A stretch of 64,000 nt of DNA, filler included, from Asterionella formosa (GCA_002256025.1; 5 parts of 5 records of this genome joined end to end with filler, not necessarily neighbours in it); one strand, 5' to 3'. Counted from the first letter of the whole stretch, positions 45,034-57,895 are shown. A program made the numbers and translations. Notes: a model not told the origin generated them from the sequence alone.

Positions 45034-46162
45034 ATGTCTCGTAGTACGGGTAATCACATCAAAACACCAATCATTACTCCCGTAGCTTGCCTGGACTTGC
45101 ACGGATACCGAAAGGAGGCTGCCATTCGAGCCCTGACTGACTTCATTGAACGTTTGTCGTTGAATAGACCAACTTGTGATGGTTCCGTTTGGGTCAATGT
45201 CATTACAGGTTCTGGACAACATTCTTCGCAAGGTGAGACTCAGCGCTCTCGAAACAGGAGAGTTTAGGGATGGGTGCCTCATGTGCATAATATTGGGGAG
45301 TGAGCGTGTGGGCTCACCTAACTTTTTGCGCATGTTGTATGCTACGTCAAAATAACGAATAAAACTCTAATAAACAGGCCCAGTGCTTCGCACGGCAGTG
45401 GATAAACTGCTTCGAAAGAGACAAATGAAATTCATTCTAAATGCGGATAAGGGAGGATTTCTCGTTGATGCTTCATCTGGAATCGTATTGTATGCCAGTG
45501 GTCCGCCGACAGATACGAAAGTGGTGGTTCGAAGCATGACACTATCAGAGAATAATAATATTCCACTAGTAGGACGAGTCCCTCCCAAGATACTTGTGAA
45601 TCCTCCTGCAGAAGATAATCAACCACTGCCTGTTCATGTCGCGCAAGACGACGCCCTGTTAGAACAAGCCAAGGAAGTTTCTCGGAAACAACGTCAGACC
45701 GAAGCCACATTGGATGTCAAGGAACGACAAGCATTGAAAAAGGCAATGTCAGATAGCATGTTGGAACATCTGACTCTGCAAAAGAATCAAGAACGAGAAG
45801 ACGATTCTTTGCAAACTGCATTAATAATGTCAGTGCCATCTGTAGATAATGAGGACGAACAAATACTGCAGAAAGCCTTGCTGGAATCGAAGCTAATGTT
45901 TGAGATGAGCAAGAATGATGTCGAACTGGAAGCAGCACTAAAAATGAGTGAAAGTCACTTTCATATTTGTGATTCAGAGATTGATGCTTTGGATTCTGAA
46001 TTGCAAGAAATACTACGACAATCTGCTGAAGAGTTCTCAACAGTACAACCAATGCCTGAGGCTCTGATGAAATCGCCACGTCCGCACGAGCTACCAAGCC
46101 CAATATCCGAAGAGCATGGAATGACTGGCAAAATTGCACTTGAAAAGTTTCGTATGATCTGA
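45034..46162 (+). CDS. Smr-domain protein with ~6 UIM-like repeats; 2 exons (45034-45232, 45378-46162)
   Basis: LDLHGYRKEAA..VITGSGQHSSQG/PVLRTAV..L..NADKGGFLV across a GTGAG..CAG intron; repeated acidic-L-x-x-A-L-x-x-S motifs follow. Confidence 0.88.
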
Positions 46163-46629
46163 AGTTGAAGACTGCATGCTGTATTTTAATTCATCGGAGC
46201 TGCATGTATTATTTCTAACATATCAGATCCCCATTAGTCTGGTCATGCTTTTGGCGTCGTGCCCGAAATCATAACATTGTGAAATTGAAAAGTATGCAAT
46301 AGTCATTCTACAACAAGAACAGCTGCAAAGCTTTATGTTATATTACTCTCGTTGTAAAATTAAAACCTTGAACAAATGGTTTTCTCATGTCCATATACAT
46401 AGAGTATAATAAGTATGAGGCAACTGATATGTAGTGTTGGCAACTCAACATAAGTACCTTCCCTATCGTATTGATGTTCTGACTCTCACTGTCAAGACAA
46501 TGTAGGAAACATGCCTTGATTGAATATTCTCCTTCATTTCGACTTACCAATCATTCCATGAGAGGGAATATAATGGTAATGAAAAGATGGGAAGCGAATG
46601 AATGCATCGATTTGGGATTATAGAAGGAG

Positions 46630-47511
46630 TTAAGCAGTCTGCGCAGAGTACATTGTGAATTCCATTGTGACACTTCCATCGACAGTAAAGTGATTGTCAA
46701 GATAATGAAAGGGCAGCCCTTCAAAGAACAAGAGATCACCTGGCTTGTTGTCTGCTTCAAATGGAGGTATTGGAATGTCTTTCTTATCAGACGGCATATT
46801 CGAAAGAACAGGTGTCGGTTGACATTTGACTTCGGAGTTCCATAAAAAGCAAGTCAATGGCTGCTCCTGTGTGGCGAGAATATGAGAGCCCATGGTACCG
46901 ACAGCTTCGTCACACTGTTGAGATGGTATGCATGGTAGCTGATACAAATCAGGCTCCATTTCCAAAATAGCTCGTCTGACTTTGGTTCCCTTGACTTTTT
47001 GTCGACTCATTTCATTGCAAAGAGATCTCTTGCCACGAAGAAAGCAATCATGAAAATAGCATCCCTTGTCTTTCCCTTGCGTGAGTCGACGAAAGCCATA
47101 TAGATTCAGCTGTCGCTGAAACGAGGCGAACTTGGACTGTTTAAAGTAGAAGGGCATAACTTTCTCGACAAAGCGCACTGAGTCTTTGACCACAAAGGCT
47201 CGTCCATGAGATTGCCACGATACTAAGTGACTAAAGCCATCACCTTCGACGTTTTCCAACATTTCATGGAGCTTCCAAGGAAAGGGCGTCACAACTCCTC
47301 CTCGAGAAACAGCTGGATTGCATGTATCATTTTCTGAATCAGACGACACCTCAGCTAAACTTTCAGCATGCGGTTGCGCGAGGAGAGCTTCACTGTTGGA
47401 CAAGATTGGCACGGAAACAGTATGAATTGACTGGTCATAGAAAAGTAGTCGGTTCTTCACGATGGGATCTACGGCCCGAGAGGACGAGTTGAATACGCGC
47501 CTTGTGGACAT
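46630..47511 (-). CDS. HSF: Heat shock transcription factor (diatom type)
   Basis: RGGVVTPFPWKLHEML, IVSWQ-like LVSWQSHGRAF, YFKQSKFASFQRQLNLYGFRR, YFHDCFLRG; C-terminal FEGLPFHYL. Start ATG uncertain. Confidence 0.93.
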   Translation of the reverse strand: MSTRRVFNSSSRAVDPIVKNRLLFYDQSIHTVSVPILSNSEALLAQPHAESLAEVSSDSENDTCNPAVSRGGVVTPFPWKLHEMLENVEGDGFSHLVSWQSHGRAFVVKDSVRFVEKVMPFYFKQSKFASFQRQLNLYGFRRLTQGKDKGCYFHDCFLRGKRSLCNEMSRQKVKGTKVRRAILEMEPDLYQLPCIPSQQCDEAVGTMGSHILATQEQPLTCFLWNSEVKCQPTPVLSNMPSDKKDIPIPPFEADNKPGDLLFFEGLPFHYLDNHFTVDGSVTMEFTMYSAQTA

Positions 47512-50310
47512 GGTCAATGAATGAGGAAACTTTAAGATGGTATCAAGACGATGAATCGATAGTCTACCTTGCTTAACTATTGACACCATCGAAAGAACGG
47601 AGGGAACAAAATAATTTATGTAGACAAGAAAGTGACAGGAAAAACACATACCCGTATGTAGTTCATAAACGTACATAAAAGCCCGGTCAATCTGACATAA
47701 ATTCGTTATTTATATATATAACACGGTACTGCGATGTTCTTCATTTTGCAGAAGTGGTTGTGTTGCATTCAGTGTAAAATGATGTAGCGACTGTTCATGC
47801 TACATACACCATGATAATTCTATGTCAACATAGTACGTGACGGTTGCATCATTATGTAGAACACCAACAGTCATACCCTGGGAGGGACAGGAGCCCGTTT
47901 TTACAAGCAACAAGGGGCGGCGGCTGAACATTGCAGTGCTGCATGTACTTCGCTCGTCCTGGTAGGTTTGGAAATCGCTCGTTTTGAAAAAGGCATCAAG
48001 AACAGGACACAGCATTGTTGGCAGTTGTCTAGGTAAATAACAGTACCAGTAGTACCAGGTGCTCCGTCGACAATTGATTACCGGTCATAAAAGTGCCAAG
48101 ATATACTCGAAGTGCCAGGTACTACCAGGTACCGGTACCAGGTAATACTCGCAGTTTATGAGAAGCAAACATGCAGCTAATCATGTGCGTACCGGGGTAC
48201 AGTAGTGACAGATCTCCATGTTCCTTGGGCGGGTATGTTAAATTTAGGGTTCTACCGGTACATTTATGAATTAAGCATGGCGTGGGACGGTCATTCTCTT
48301 TTGTTCCTCAATTTTGAGCAGGGACTCATCCTCGGCTAAGTAAACTCTCTGATCTTCAACTGCAACATCCGCCATAATTGTTCGCTTGTCAGCTGTGGTG
48401 ACGTCTGCTCATTTATTTCATTGTGTGTTCCTCATGACCTGTGCCCATGATCCATGTTCCATTTTTATTATGTAGACACAAATGACCTTTTCGATACCAT
48501 GGATATTGAAAACAAATGATGCATAACCGAGCATTCATGAAAAATCCTCGATGTACTCATTTGGTAGTCTCCAGAGTCTCCTTCTCCTTGTATTCAACAG
48601 TGCAAATTGTAGATCTGCAATTCTTGGCAGTAGCACTAGTAGTCTGAGGACCTGGTACTTGTCCATATATTTACAGTAAACTATGTCACAATACAAGTAA
48701 TATAGATCATATCATCAATACCAGGATGGTCCAGTAACACATGTTTTAAAAGCACCATTTTCATTTTCAATCCCTTCCCCATGAGATGTTCCATCCCTGG
48801 TGCCAGGCAAGATAGGCCAGCTTTCGATTGAATAATATTCCTTAAGTAATTTAGAAAATAATTACTTGTATTGTTGACCAACGACAATTTGCAGATTCAG
48901 TTGCTCAACAGGACTTGGATTTGCTGACAGATGAACTGGTTCAGCAAATTGTCTTCTAGTTTCAGCATACAAATAGTAGGAATTCCTTTCTACATTTTAG
49001 AACTTGCTGACAAGGACATGACTTTGCTGACAATAACTAGTTTTCTCATAACAATTAGAATCTGCTGGCAAGAATGATTAGGACTTGCTGACAACAACCA
49101 GAACTTGCTGAAGATTAATAGATTCTCTGAATGACCCTTTGCATATGAAGTATATACATGAACAGATACAACCATCTTCCAGTTGCTGAATACCACTGGG
49201 AGTAGGTGAACACGATTTGGATTAAGAACACAACTTGGATTTAGTGAATGAACTTTAACTGCATCGAAAATTACTTAAGAGAGTTCTTTGGAATTGAAAG
49301 GCATCCCATTTCTTCTGACAAGCATGGCACAAATCATAGGGAGAGAGTTGATAAAATGTGTGTTAGTACAGACCTTCCAGGATATTTGTGTCGTGCAGCT
49401 ACTACTTAGCTTGCAAGAGATATCATAATGGTACCAATAAAAGCAATTTTATGTACCGTGGCTGCTCTGGTATATTGATTTACTTCTTCATAAGGACTAA
49501 AACTATTCACCCTCTAGGGGAAGCAATGGCTCAGTTGCTTGGAGCCATTGCCTTTGATTTGAAGTTGTGTGGTTCGATGCCCGCAGTTTTTTGAGAAGCA
49601 ATTGTTGGGTTCAACTCCCACACTCTTCAACGTCCTATGCGGTCTTGCCTGGTGTGCAAGGAAAAGTGGGTTGCCCCCTTACATGCAGTGTGCCGCCTTC
49701 CTAGACGATCGGATTTCCCCTAAAGCTGCGGCTAAGATGATCATCTTTTGCGAAGATGGTTGGGGACTCACCTATGCTAACAAAACTAGGGAAGCACACA
49801 GACTTGTTGGCAGGCCATGCTATGAAATTCCATGTGTGATTCTTTGGTCTTAGAAAGCGCATTATATGTGACTTCCATTTTAAAAGTATTCACCCTCTGT
49901 TCCAGTATGGCTAGTTGCAACATGATCAGCAACTATACTTTTGTGAAGTCCAACTGTAGAAGATTCAATATCAATGCTGGCGATGGGTGCTTTGGTTAAA
50001 TTAGTATATTAAGGTGAGTACTGGTATATCATTTAACAGCAATACAGTTTCATCATAAAGGGCTTTTGAATTTCGATGGCCAGTCATTGGCATGCATATA
50101 TAAGCATTGAGTGTGAAAACGAAATAGCTAGCTAGCTAAATAAATGGATGAGCTTGCATTTATGGGGGAAAATATTTGTTCAAGCAAGGTCCTCAAATAA
50201 TCGAACTTAAAATATGTGCAAGTCTGGATTTATGAGAAGCTGGCCATTCAGTTCGACAGCCCCATCAGCCTCCCTTTTGAGGTTGCAAAAGGAGCAACCA
50301 ATCAACAATC

Positions 50311-51700
50311 ATGACCTCGAAAGCGCCTCGACAAGGCAATGTCTTGCCTCGGAAGAAATTTTCTCCTGAAGAGTTGGTCAGTGTTCAGATTTGTCTTAAC
50401 AATGTGACTAGGGAGCTAGAAGCTAAGAAGGCTAACAATGGTAGAAAAATGCCTTATGGTGCTATTTCTAGGACAGTATCAGCTAAGCAATGCATTTTCC
50501 CTTGGATATCTGTTAACCAAGTGAAGAATGAACTAAAACGAAGTGCTAAACTAGAAGTTAAGTCTAGTACTAATATCTATACTACTTCTGGTTTGTCCCT
50601 CTTTCAATCATCAACTGCAACCATGGTGTCTACATTGACACCTGACCATTGTGGCCCTACTAAACCCCAATTCTTGAATGCTGATGGCAGCTTTGCCTTG
50701 TTATTTCCCAGCAATTTCATTCATAATTCATATGAAATTGTCAAGGAGGAAGAAGATGACAACAATGAAGGTGTGAGTGAGCATTATGATAGTCAGTTTA
50801 CAATGGGCACTTTGGCATATGAACCTGGAAACAATGGTGTGCTTACCTGGGGAAGTTTGGAGGCAAATACAAACACAACAAAAACAAACAAGGAGGACAT
50901 GAGTAGTACAACGAGGATGGTATCCCCGGAACTATAATGTCTTGCTTCACCCTGAGATTCAACTAAACCTACCACAACAGAACATCAATGCGCCCACAAA
51001 GACTGCCACTCCCCCTGCTCCTGATGAGTTAAACCTCCAAACTGGCTTTGCTGGAACAATTTTTGGAAGAATCAACGAGTTTTGCAAATGCGAGGATGTG
51101 CGAAATGGAATCGACTGGGAGGCCCAAGCTAGAAAGAGAAAGGAGACAGCGGATTCACACATTGAGGGACACAAGAAGAGGATAACAGCAGGACTACTGG
51201 CCTCTGCACAAACCTTTGCCCTTGGGCCAAATATTCTTGCTGCTACACTGGAACGGAAGCGAATTTCAGACATTGTCATTAGTACAAAAGAAACAAAAAG
51301 GCAACAAGAATTCAATACACTTCGCGGAAAAGTACTTACATTGAGGGAACAGAGCAAAACAAAAGAACAGATGTCTGTGCCAGAATTGAAATAAATGGTG
51401 CGTTGGTACAAACGATCAGGTGATTTGCCGGTTCCACAAACAAGGCAAGCTCTGATTACAAGATTCGACAACACCAATCACCATGGTGACCAGCAGCCGC
51501 CATTCCCTCTCCATACACCTCTTATTGCTGTGGTTGTTTTTACTGCACCTCCTCCTGTTGCTATTCCCTCTCCTTTTACAACTGCTACTGCCTATCCACC
51601 ATTCCGTGATGAAGTTTGAGACTCCACAACAAGCAAGTAATTGGATGCAAAGAAGCTCGAGATTAATGCAATGCATCAGAAGAATTCTCCAACAATGATG
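50311..51700 (+). mobile_element. Internally deleted, decayed pogo/Tc1-like transposase-related sequence
   Basis: N-terminal GRKMPYGAISRTV..FPWIS and C-terminal KKRITAGLL..LK*MVRWYKRSGDLPVP resemble ends of diatom pogo-like proteins (recall). No DDE core is seen; stops are present. Confidence 0.4.
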
Positions 51701-52445
51701 CTGCCCTGCAAAAGTGTAAAACGTAAAGTAATAAGAAAATAACTTTTGTAGTATTAATGGAGTAAAATTAAACACGGTTTGGGGGGAAAATATATACATG
51801 TACAGATAGAAAAATATGCACTGTAAGCCACTGCTATGCAATAAGCTTAGTGACTTTGGGAAAATTATTTCTTCATGGCTAGATACACTGAATCAAAACT
51901 GATTCCTTAATAGTATAGCAGAGAGCATTGCCTAACATAAGCTTTGTACTTGCGTCAAGTTTTGATCGTTGAATTACATAAATATTTTTAGTCGAAAGAT
52001 AGAGTAAAATAACGGTGGCTTACAGTTTTTAAGTGGTACCATACTTCGATGATGATGACTTTTTATTAATTATGTAATCCGTAACAACTAATGTTCCTGG
52101 TAATCTACTACCATATTGTATGGACACTTCGTTTGTAACAATAGGTGGCAAGAATCACAGTGGCGTCGATACCGTGTTCACAATGATTGCAACGAGGAGC
52201 ACAATAATGTCCATGGTAAGAGACACTGACATGCAGAGTTCCAACTTTACATGGTTGTGAATACCGACAGTAGTAGATCGTAATACTTTATGGTCAAGAA
52301 AGATCAAATGATTGAAAGGAAAAATCGGCCTATTATTACCTTATGATTCAAACAAAGTGTTGGTATGTAACAGTCGAACATGTATTAATTTACATGGATT
52401 GCAGGTGCTCAATGATGCCCTTGCCATCGGTTAGCTCTTGGGCGA

Positions 52446-52545
52446 NNNNNNNNNNNNNNNNNNNNNNNNNNNNNNNNNNNNNNNNNNNNTTAATTAATTA
52501 ANNNNNNNNNNNNNNNNNNNNNNNNNNNNNNNNNNNNNNNNNNNN
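52446..52545. other. Artificial contig spacer
   Basis: 100-bp N-TTAATTAATTAA-N. Confidence 0.97.
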
Positions 52546-54400
52546 TCCGATAATTGTACAAAGATTCCAAAATGTGCCAACTTAAATATTCCAAGTAGTA
52601 ATTGATGAAGAGCCTCAAATGTAGTTGCACCAAATAATCCTTCTAAGTCACCACCAAAGAAATGATTTATTATTGCAGGCATAATAGGATTATGCAGGCA
52701 TAATAGGATTATGCGATATAACACGGCACCACTCGTTTGCTGTTGCGTATTTGCCATTAGATTGGGAGACACAATACTCAGGTGGGATACATGGTAATTG
52801 ACCATCCGGATATGCATTTTTGTCAAGAAACTTGTTTAAAAATATTTTAACATCTGACACTTTACGACGTTCACATCCAATATCAGGATTATCAGCATCC
52901 TCAGTTGAAAACAGGCAATCACGACAAACATATCGTCGATATAATCCATTGCCAACCCTGAAACCACAAATTTTTTGTGTTCTTCTTTATCACCAATGAT
53001 CATTCCAATCTGAAAATAAACTTTTGTCATACAAAGACCATGAACCCAAATATCGTATGACTTGTTTGGATCGCTCGTCTTCGAAAGGCGACAATAGAAA
53101 TCCTGTAACAGAATGGTATAATTTGAGTCTACATAACAAGGACAAGTCGTCACCAGATAACTTATTATTCATTTGTTTCTGCAGATCACTGACTTCAATG
53201 ATGTCTGGCAAAAGAGATACCAATTGCGCCATCCACCAACTTTTTTCTTCCTTCTAACGTTAAGTTTAACATTGTCAGCGAAAACGGATGCTCAGAATGT
53301 TTCACTTGTTTATCAATAGGTGAACCATCACTGAAAACTGCTAGGGCAACAAATAAACACCCTGTCTTCACTTCAACACTCCATTTTCTGATGCAGGAGA
53401 ATTGTTGAATGCATTTTCAAACCAAGTCGCAGAAGTTACTTTGTCATATATGCATTCTCCAAAAGTTGTTAGTTTCACTTGTGAGTGACGTACAAAATGT
53501 TGGATGATATCGGAATCACAAAGCAATCCTGCCATGAGCTGTACTGGTTCGAAAAAATGGAGTGTGCGTGGGATGATCATGTTTGAATTGTTATCAATCT
53601 TTATTTGTTTGGTCAACAGTTGACCACCAGCTAATGTTGGTTGACCACCAGCTTATGTTGGAAAAAAAGAAATATCCATGCGTTTTTTCAAAGTCTGGTA
53701 GGATGGAGCTTGATACCTTCCATCAAAATATTTCATTGCTTTTGCCTTGAACAGCCATTTCATTAGATGATCAAAGTAAACTGGTGAAAGGTAATTCTCG
53801 TTGAGGAATAACATGAGTTCTAATTCGATTGGATGAGCGCATGTTTTGAGAATGTTTACTTGGAAGTTGAAATTGAGGAGGAAGGGGCATTTCCATTGCA
53901 TTTTCAGGGAGAAAACCGGCGTGATCTTGAAAATCTGAATGTTGCATGCTTTCTGAATTCAACCCTTGGAGAGTTTTTAGTCTCAATTGTTTGTCCTGTT
54001 GTGACTGAATATTGTTATAAACTGAATCGTTGCTGTCGTCATGGAGTGGATGATTGTGGTCACTTGATTCAAGGATACTAGGACACATAATCTCTTCTTG
54101 TCTAATCTCCCTAAATGCTGCAGCAGTTACACTGCCTGCCATCATTAACTTCTTTCCTTGAATGATTCGATTCACTACCGCAATACATAGTATGTATTCC
54201 AGGAACTCGATGTTCTTGCATGCAATGTCGACAGTGACCATATGCATAAAAAACACGGTTGCTACAATTTCGATTGTGAGACTCAGATGGGGATTTGTTT
54301 TTCCGAATTTTGTAGTTACACAGATAACACCATTGCAATGTGCGCAAAGACATTGCAAATTGCAAATGATGACCAAGTCAGGATATGAAAAGGATAGAAT
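52546..54400 (-). mobile_element. Degenerate Plavaka-type (CACTA-related) transposase
   Basis: Fragments LMAGLLCDSDI, TSATWFENA, LAVFSDGSPID..SEHPFSLT, VSLLPDI, KLYHSV, MIIGDKEEHKKF, CRDC and FEALHQLLLGIFK in order across several frames; Cys-rich N-terminus. Confidence 0.65.
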
Positions 54401-56068
54401 GAAAATGAATTAATAATAATGAATTTGGCATCACTCCGAACATGCTGTGCTGGACAATACAGAATCGTGAAATTATCACTCCACCATAGTAGTAAAAAAT
54501 GGAGGTATACCGCTACATAAAGTACAGTCGGCACTACTACCGGTAGTATAGAGCAATATCATCTTTTTCTTCTTAACATCTATGATATGGTTTGCATTGT
54601 AGAAGTCTCACTTACTATATTTATTACGTCATTAAGTATGCATTGGATTCTTTTAGATTCATTCAAAATCAACGTTGTCATCAATGTCCCTGTTGATTAA
54701 TGCGGTTATTGTATTCAATATTCATCACAGAAACATTTGGTTGAAGTGATTCAACATATTGATGCATATCCTCTTCACTTACGTTGGGAAATGAGAAATA
54801 TGAGTGTGGGTAGACAAATTCACCGATGCGGGTCATTAGGAGCTCGCCCCGCTTGCGCGCCCTGCCACATCAGTTCTTTGACAATTACTGATTCTACTCA
54901 TTTTATCTTATTTTGTTATGAGATGGGGGGATGTTAGGAATCACCTCTTCATATGACATGTCAATATATGTCTGTTTTTCATACAGTGCCTATCTTATCT
55001 AAATATTGTTCTTCCATATCAACTTAATCTAATCATTCCTTTAACAAACACCACACCTTCTTCCCCAATCTCCTTTTGAGCTTGTCAGGCTAGTTATTGG
55101 ACTCCCCTCCTCTCTTATCTACTTGTTCATCAACCTTGTCGATCTCTTCTCATCTATTTCTAAAAAGCATAGAAAACCTTATCTAGTCAAAGTTATCCAG
55201 CTAATCGCCGCAGACTCAACACGCACTGTCTCGTTTTTGGTCATATCTTAAAATCTGAGCAAATGACGAGCAAATGACAAGCGAAAACAACTTCCAGGGG
55301 CGATTTCAACTTTTTGTTGTCAGTTTTTATTTATAGAACAAATACCTCATCAATGATAGACTACATATACGTGAGAAAAAGGAATTGTTCATCATGAATA
55401 TTGGTGGAGATATTCGTCCAATAATTTCGTCATGGTCAAGACAGAGCTGCTGTCTCATCTTCCTCCTACAGGGTTACGGGAAATGAAAGATTATGGTAAT
55501 AAATGGAGTGATACATTGAATATGGAATACAATAGACTACACATATTTACTGCCAAGAAGCAAAAGGCTGCGATCATCAGCTCAGCCACTCATGGCAAGG
55601 AGTATTACACAGTGCTCCAGGTACTGATACCACCTAAAAACGACTACCTTGAACCTATATTTCACTATGTTCGATCGATTAGTATGGCTAAACATTGAAA
55701 CATTCATTTCAATCATCTTCGATGCTCCAGATGTTCTCGAGAGGTGGGGGATCAATGATGTGATGGGAAGGCCACAGCAGCAGTACAATTGCATTTGCTT
55801 GTGCCAATGGTACCATGGTACATCATGCATGCTATTCTATATTGGTATTTATCGCTATAGCATTACATTCATCAAATTATATATTTCTACGTAATAATAG
55901 CTGATAATAAGATCTTATTTATTGTAAAATTATTTAGTAATATATATTAGAAATAATAGCAATCTTATAAATGTGATCAAACTATCATAGGTTTAGTTAC
56001 AAGTGATTGTGAGTATGTGATAATGAATTATAAGTTCACTGTTGTAATCATACAATAATATGATATTA

Positions 56069-56290
56069 ATGGTACGATCTCTTTTGAGTGTACAGAAGCG
56101 TGGAAAAATGGGGAGAACATAGGAGATCCTGCTACATTTTTGGGGAGAAATTCTCCCATTTTTTCCGTGCTGACGTTTATTCCCCTCTAGTTTTTAACAC
56201 GTATATTTTCTGCAGCCCCGTCAGCAGCGGCTTTTTGGGGAGACTTTTCTCCCCAAAAACATGTGGAAACAGCGTTCAATTTTGTACCAT
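56069..56290. repeat. MITE-like element with internal inverted repeats
   Basis: Termini atggtacga / ttgtaccat; internal ggaaaaatggggaga pairs with tctcccattttttcc, and ttttggggaga pairs with tctccccaaaa. Confidence 0.5.
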
Positions 56291-56420
56291 CGTAGGATTC
56301 ACGTTGACAGTACATGCATGATAGCTTACTGCTAATACTAGCTATACCGGTAGTACTAGGGGTTCCGACTCAGCCAATTATGAACATCAATTGAGAACAA
56401 AAACAATCAACAATATACCT

Positions 56421-57895
56421 ATGGAAGCAACCCACTGCCACATCAAAATATCATGTCAGTTTGTGCATCTCAAAAGAGGTGCATGGTGAAGGAGCTACCA
56501 AGGTCAACTGCACATTGCTAACTGCCCTGGATGTGGGTATAGCATTCATGCTCTTCGCGGTCATTTGCATAAAGAAGAAGATATTCAGTTCAAAAGAACA
56601 TGCTTCCATTGCTATAAAAAGTTTGGTCACACCTTGATGGATCCAGACGATGCAATGACAGCATTGCAACAACTACAACAAGATGAAGAGAGGAGAAATG
56701 ATTCCTCCAATCGAGGACAAGAGGATGGCATAGTAGTACTTGTGCATGTAAATATCACGGATAGCATTTTACCACCAGAGATTGACAAACAAGGCAGAAC
56801 TATTAGAGAACATGATACACAAAAAGCGAAGAAGGAAGCAAATAAAATGATGTCCCTACAGCTCATGAATTTAGCAAATATCAGAGGGAACGCAAGAGCA
56901 AAATCAACAATGAGCCAGCACCAGTCTGAATATGAAGTCTTTCTGTTGTTATATCTATATAAACATGCGGACCAGCTACTAGGACCGGAGATGCTAGCGC
57001 CAATCAGATATATCACTGATGATATTAATGACATTCCCATTCATATGAAGAAAGCAAGATCAGTGATACGCAGTTTTCTTGAAAGGGAAGTCTCTATAGG
57101 ATTGCATCCAATTAAATTTGAGGACTTAAAGCCTACAGACTTCGCAAAGTATCTTGGGACCCTCAGTAATCCATTGACAGGCTGCCTACTTAGTCAGAAG
57201 ATGTATAAAAACAAGAAGACATCACTTTACAACCTGTTTAAGAAGTATAATATGAAGGCTACAGACGACTTGTTTGATGATGAGCTCAAAGATCTCATTG
57301 CTGGCGTCAAATGAATTGCAAATAAGGCAAAACAAGATGGGATGGGTAGCCTTGAGGAGGGAAAACGTGAATGGACAATGGACCTGTGCCTAAAATAAAC
57401 ACATAGTTGATTGAAGATGGCTCTCCATCAGCTCTTTTTGCACGTGCATTTTTATGTCTAACTTGGAATTTGATGCGCTGTGTTGATATTACTGATGGTG
57501 TCTGTATCAAGCATTTGGTTTGGAGTCAAGATGCTGTAGGGAATCGATTCTCTCATACAAAAAATGATCAAGATGGCTCTAAGAATTTCAAGCCCCAACC
57601 CTGAAGATTTCGCATTGTGCCCAATAACTGCATTGCTTGAGTACATGATATGCTTCCCAGAAATTCTACAAGATACAGATGGTCTGTTGTTTCCTGGTGC
57701 AGAGCAGGAGGATTGATTCAGAAAAAATATAAAGAGGTTGCTACATGACATGAAGGCGATCTAGATGGATATGAGGTGGGGGATATTGGTACTCACAGCA
57801 TCAGGAAGAAGGGTGCAACAACATATGCATCGAGTGGCTCTACAGCAAGTTCATCAAGTGTAGCAATCAACAATCAAGGTGGTTGGACTATTACA
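56421..57895 (+). mobile_element. Second, distinct degenerate Crypton (tyrosine recombinase), 3' truncated
   Basis: EEGKRE, FARAFLCLTWNLM, FSHTKNDQDG, NPEDFALCPITAL..Y, LLFPG..Q, DIGTHSIRKKGATTYASSGST..GGWT; frameshifts; ends before the catalytic Tyr. Confidence 0.85.

Noticed and set aside
48240..52030. Possible Fanzor/TnpB or other RNA-guided nuclease in the TE-rich block
   Set aside because: I could not see RuvC motifs or a terminal zinc finger with a following Asp motif in any listed frame; a profile search would be needed to exclude it fully.
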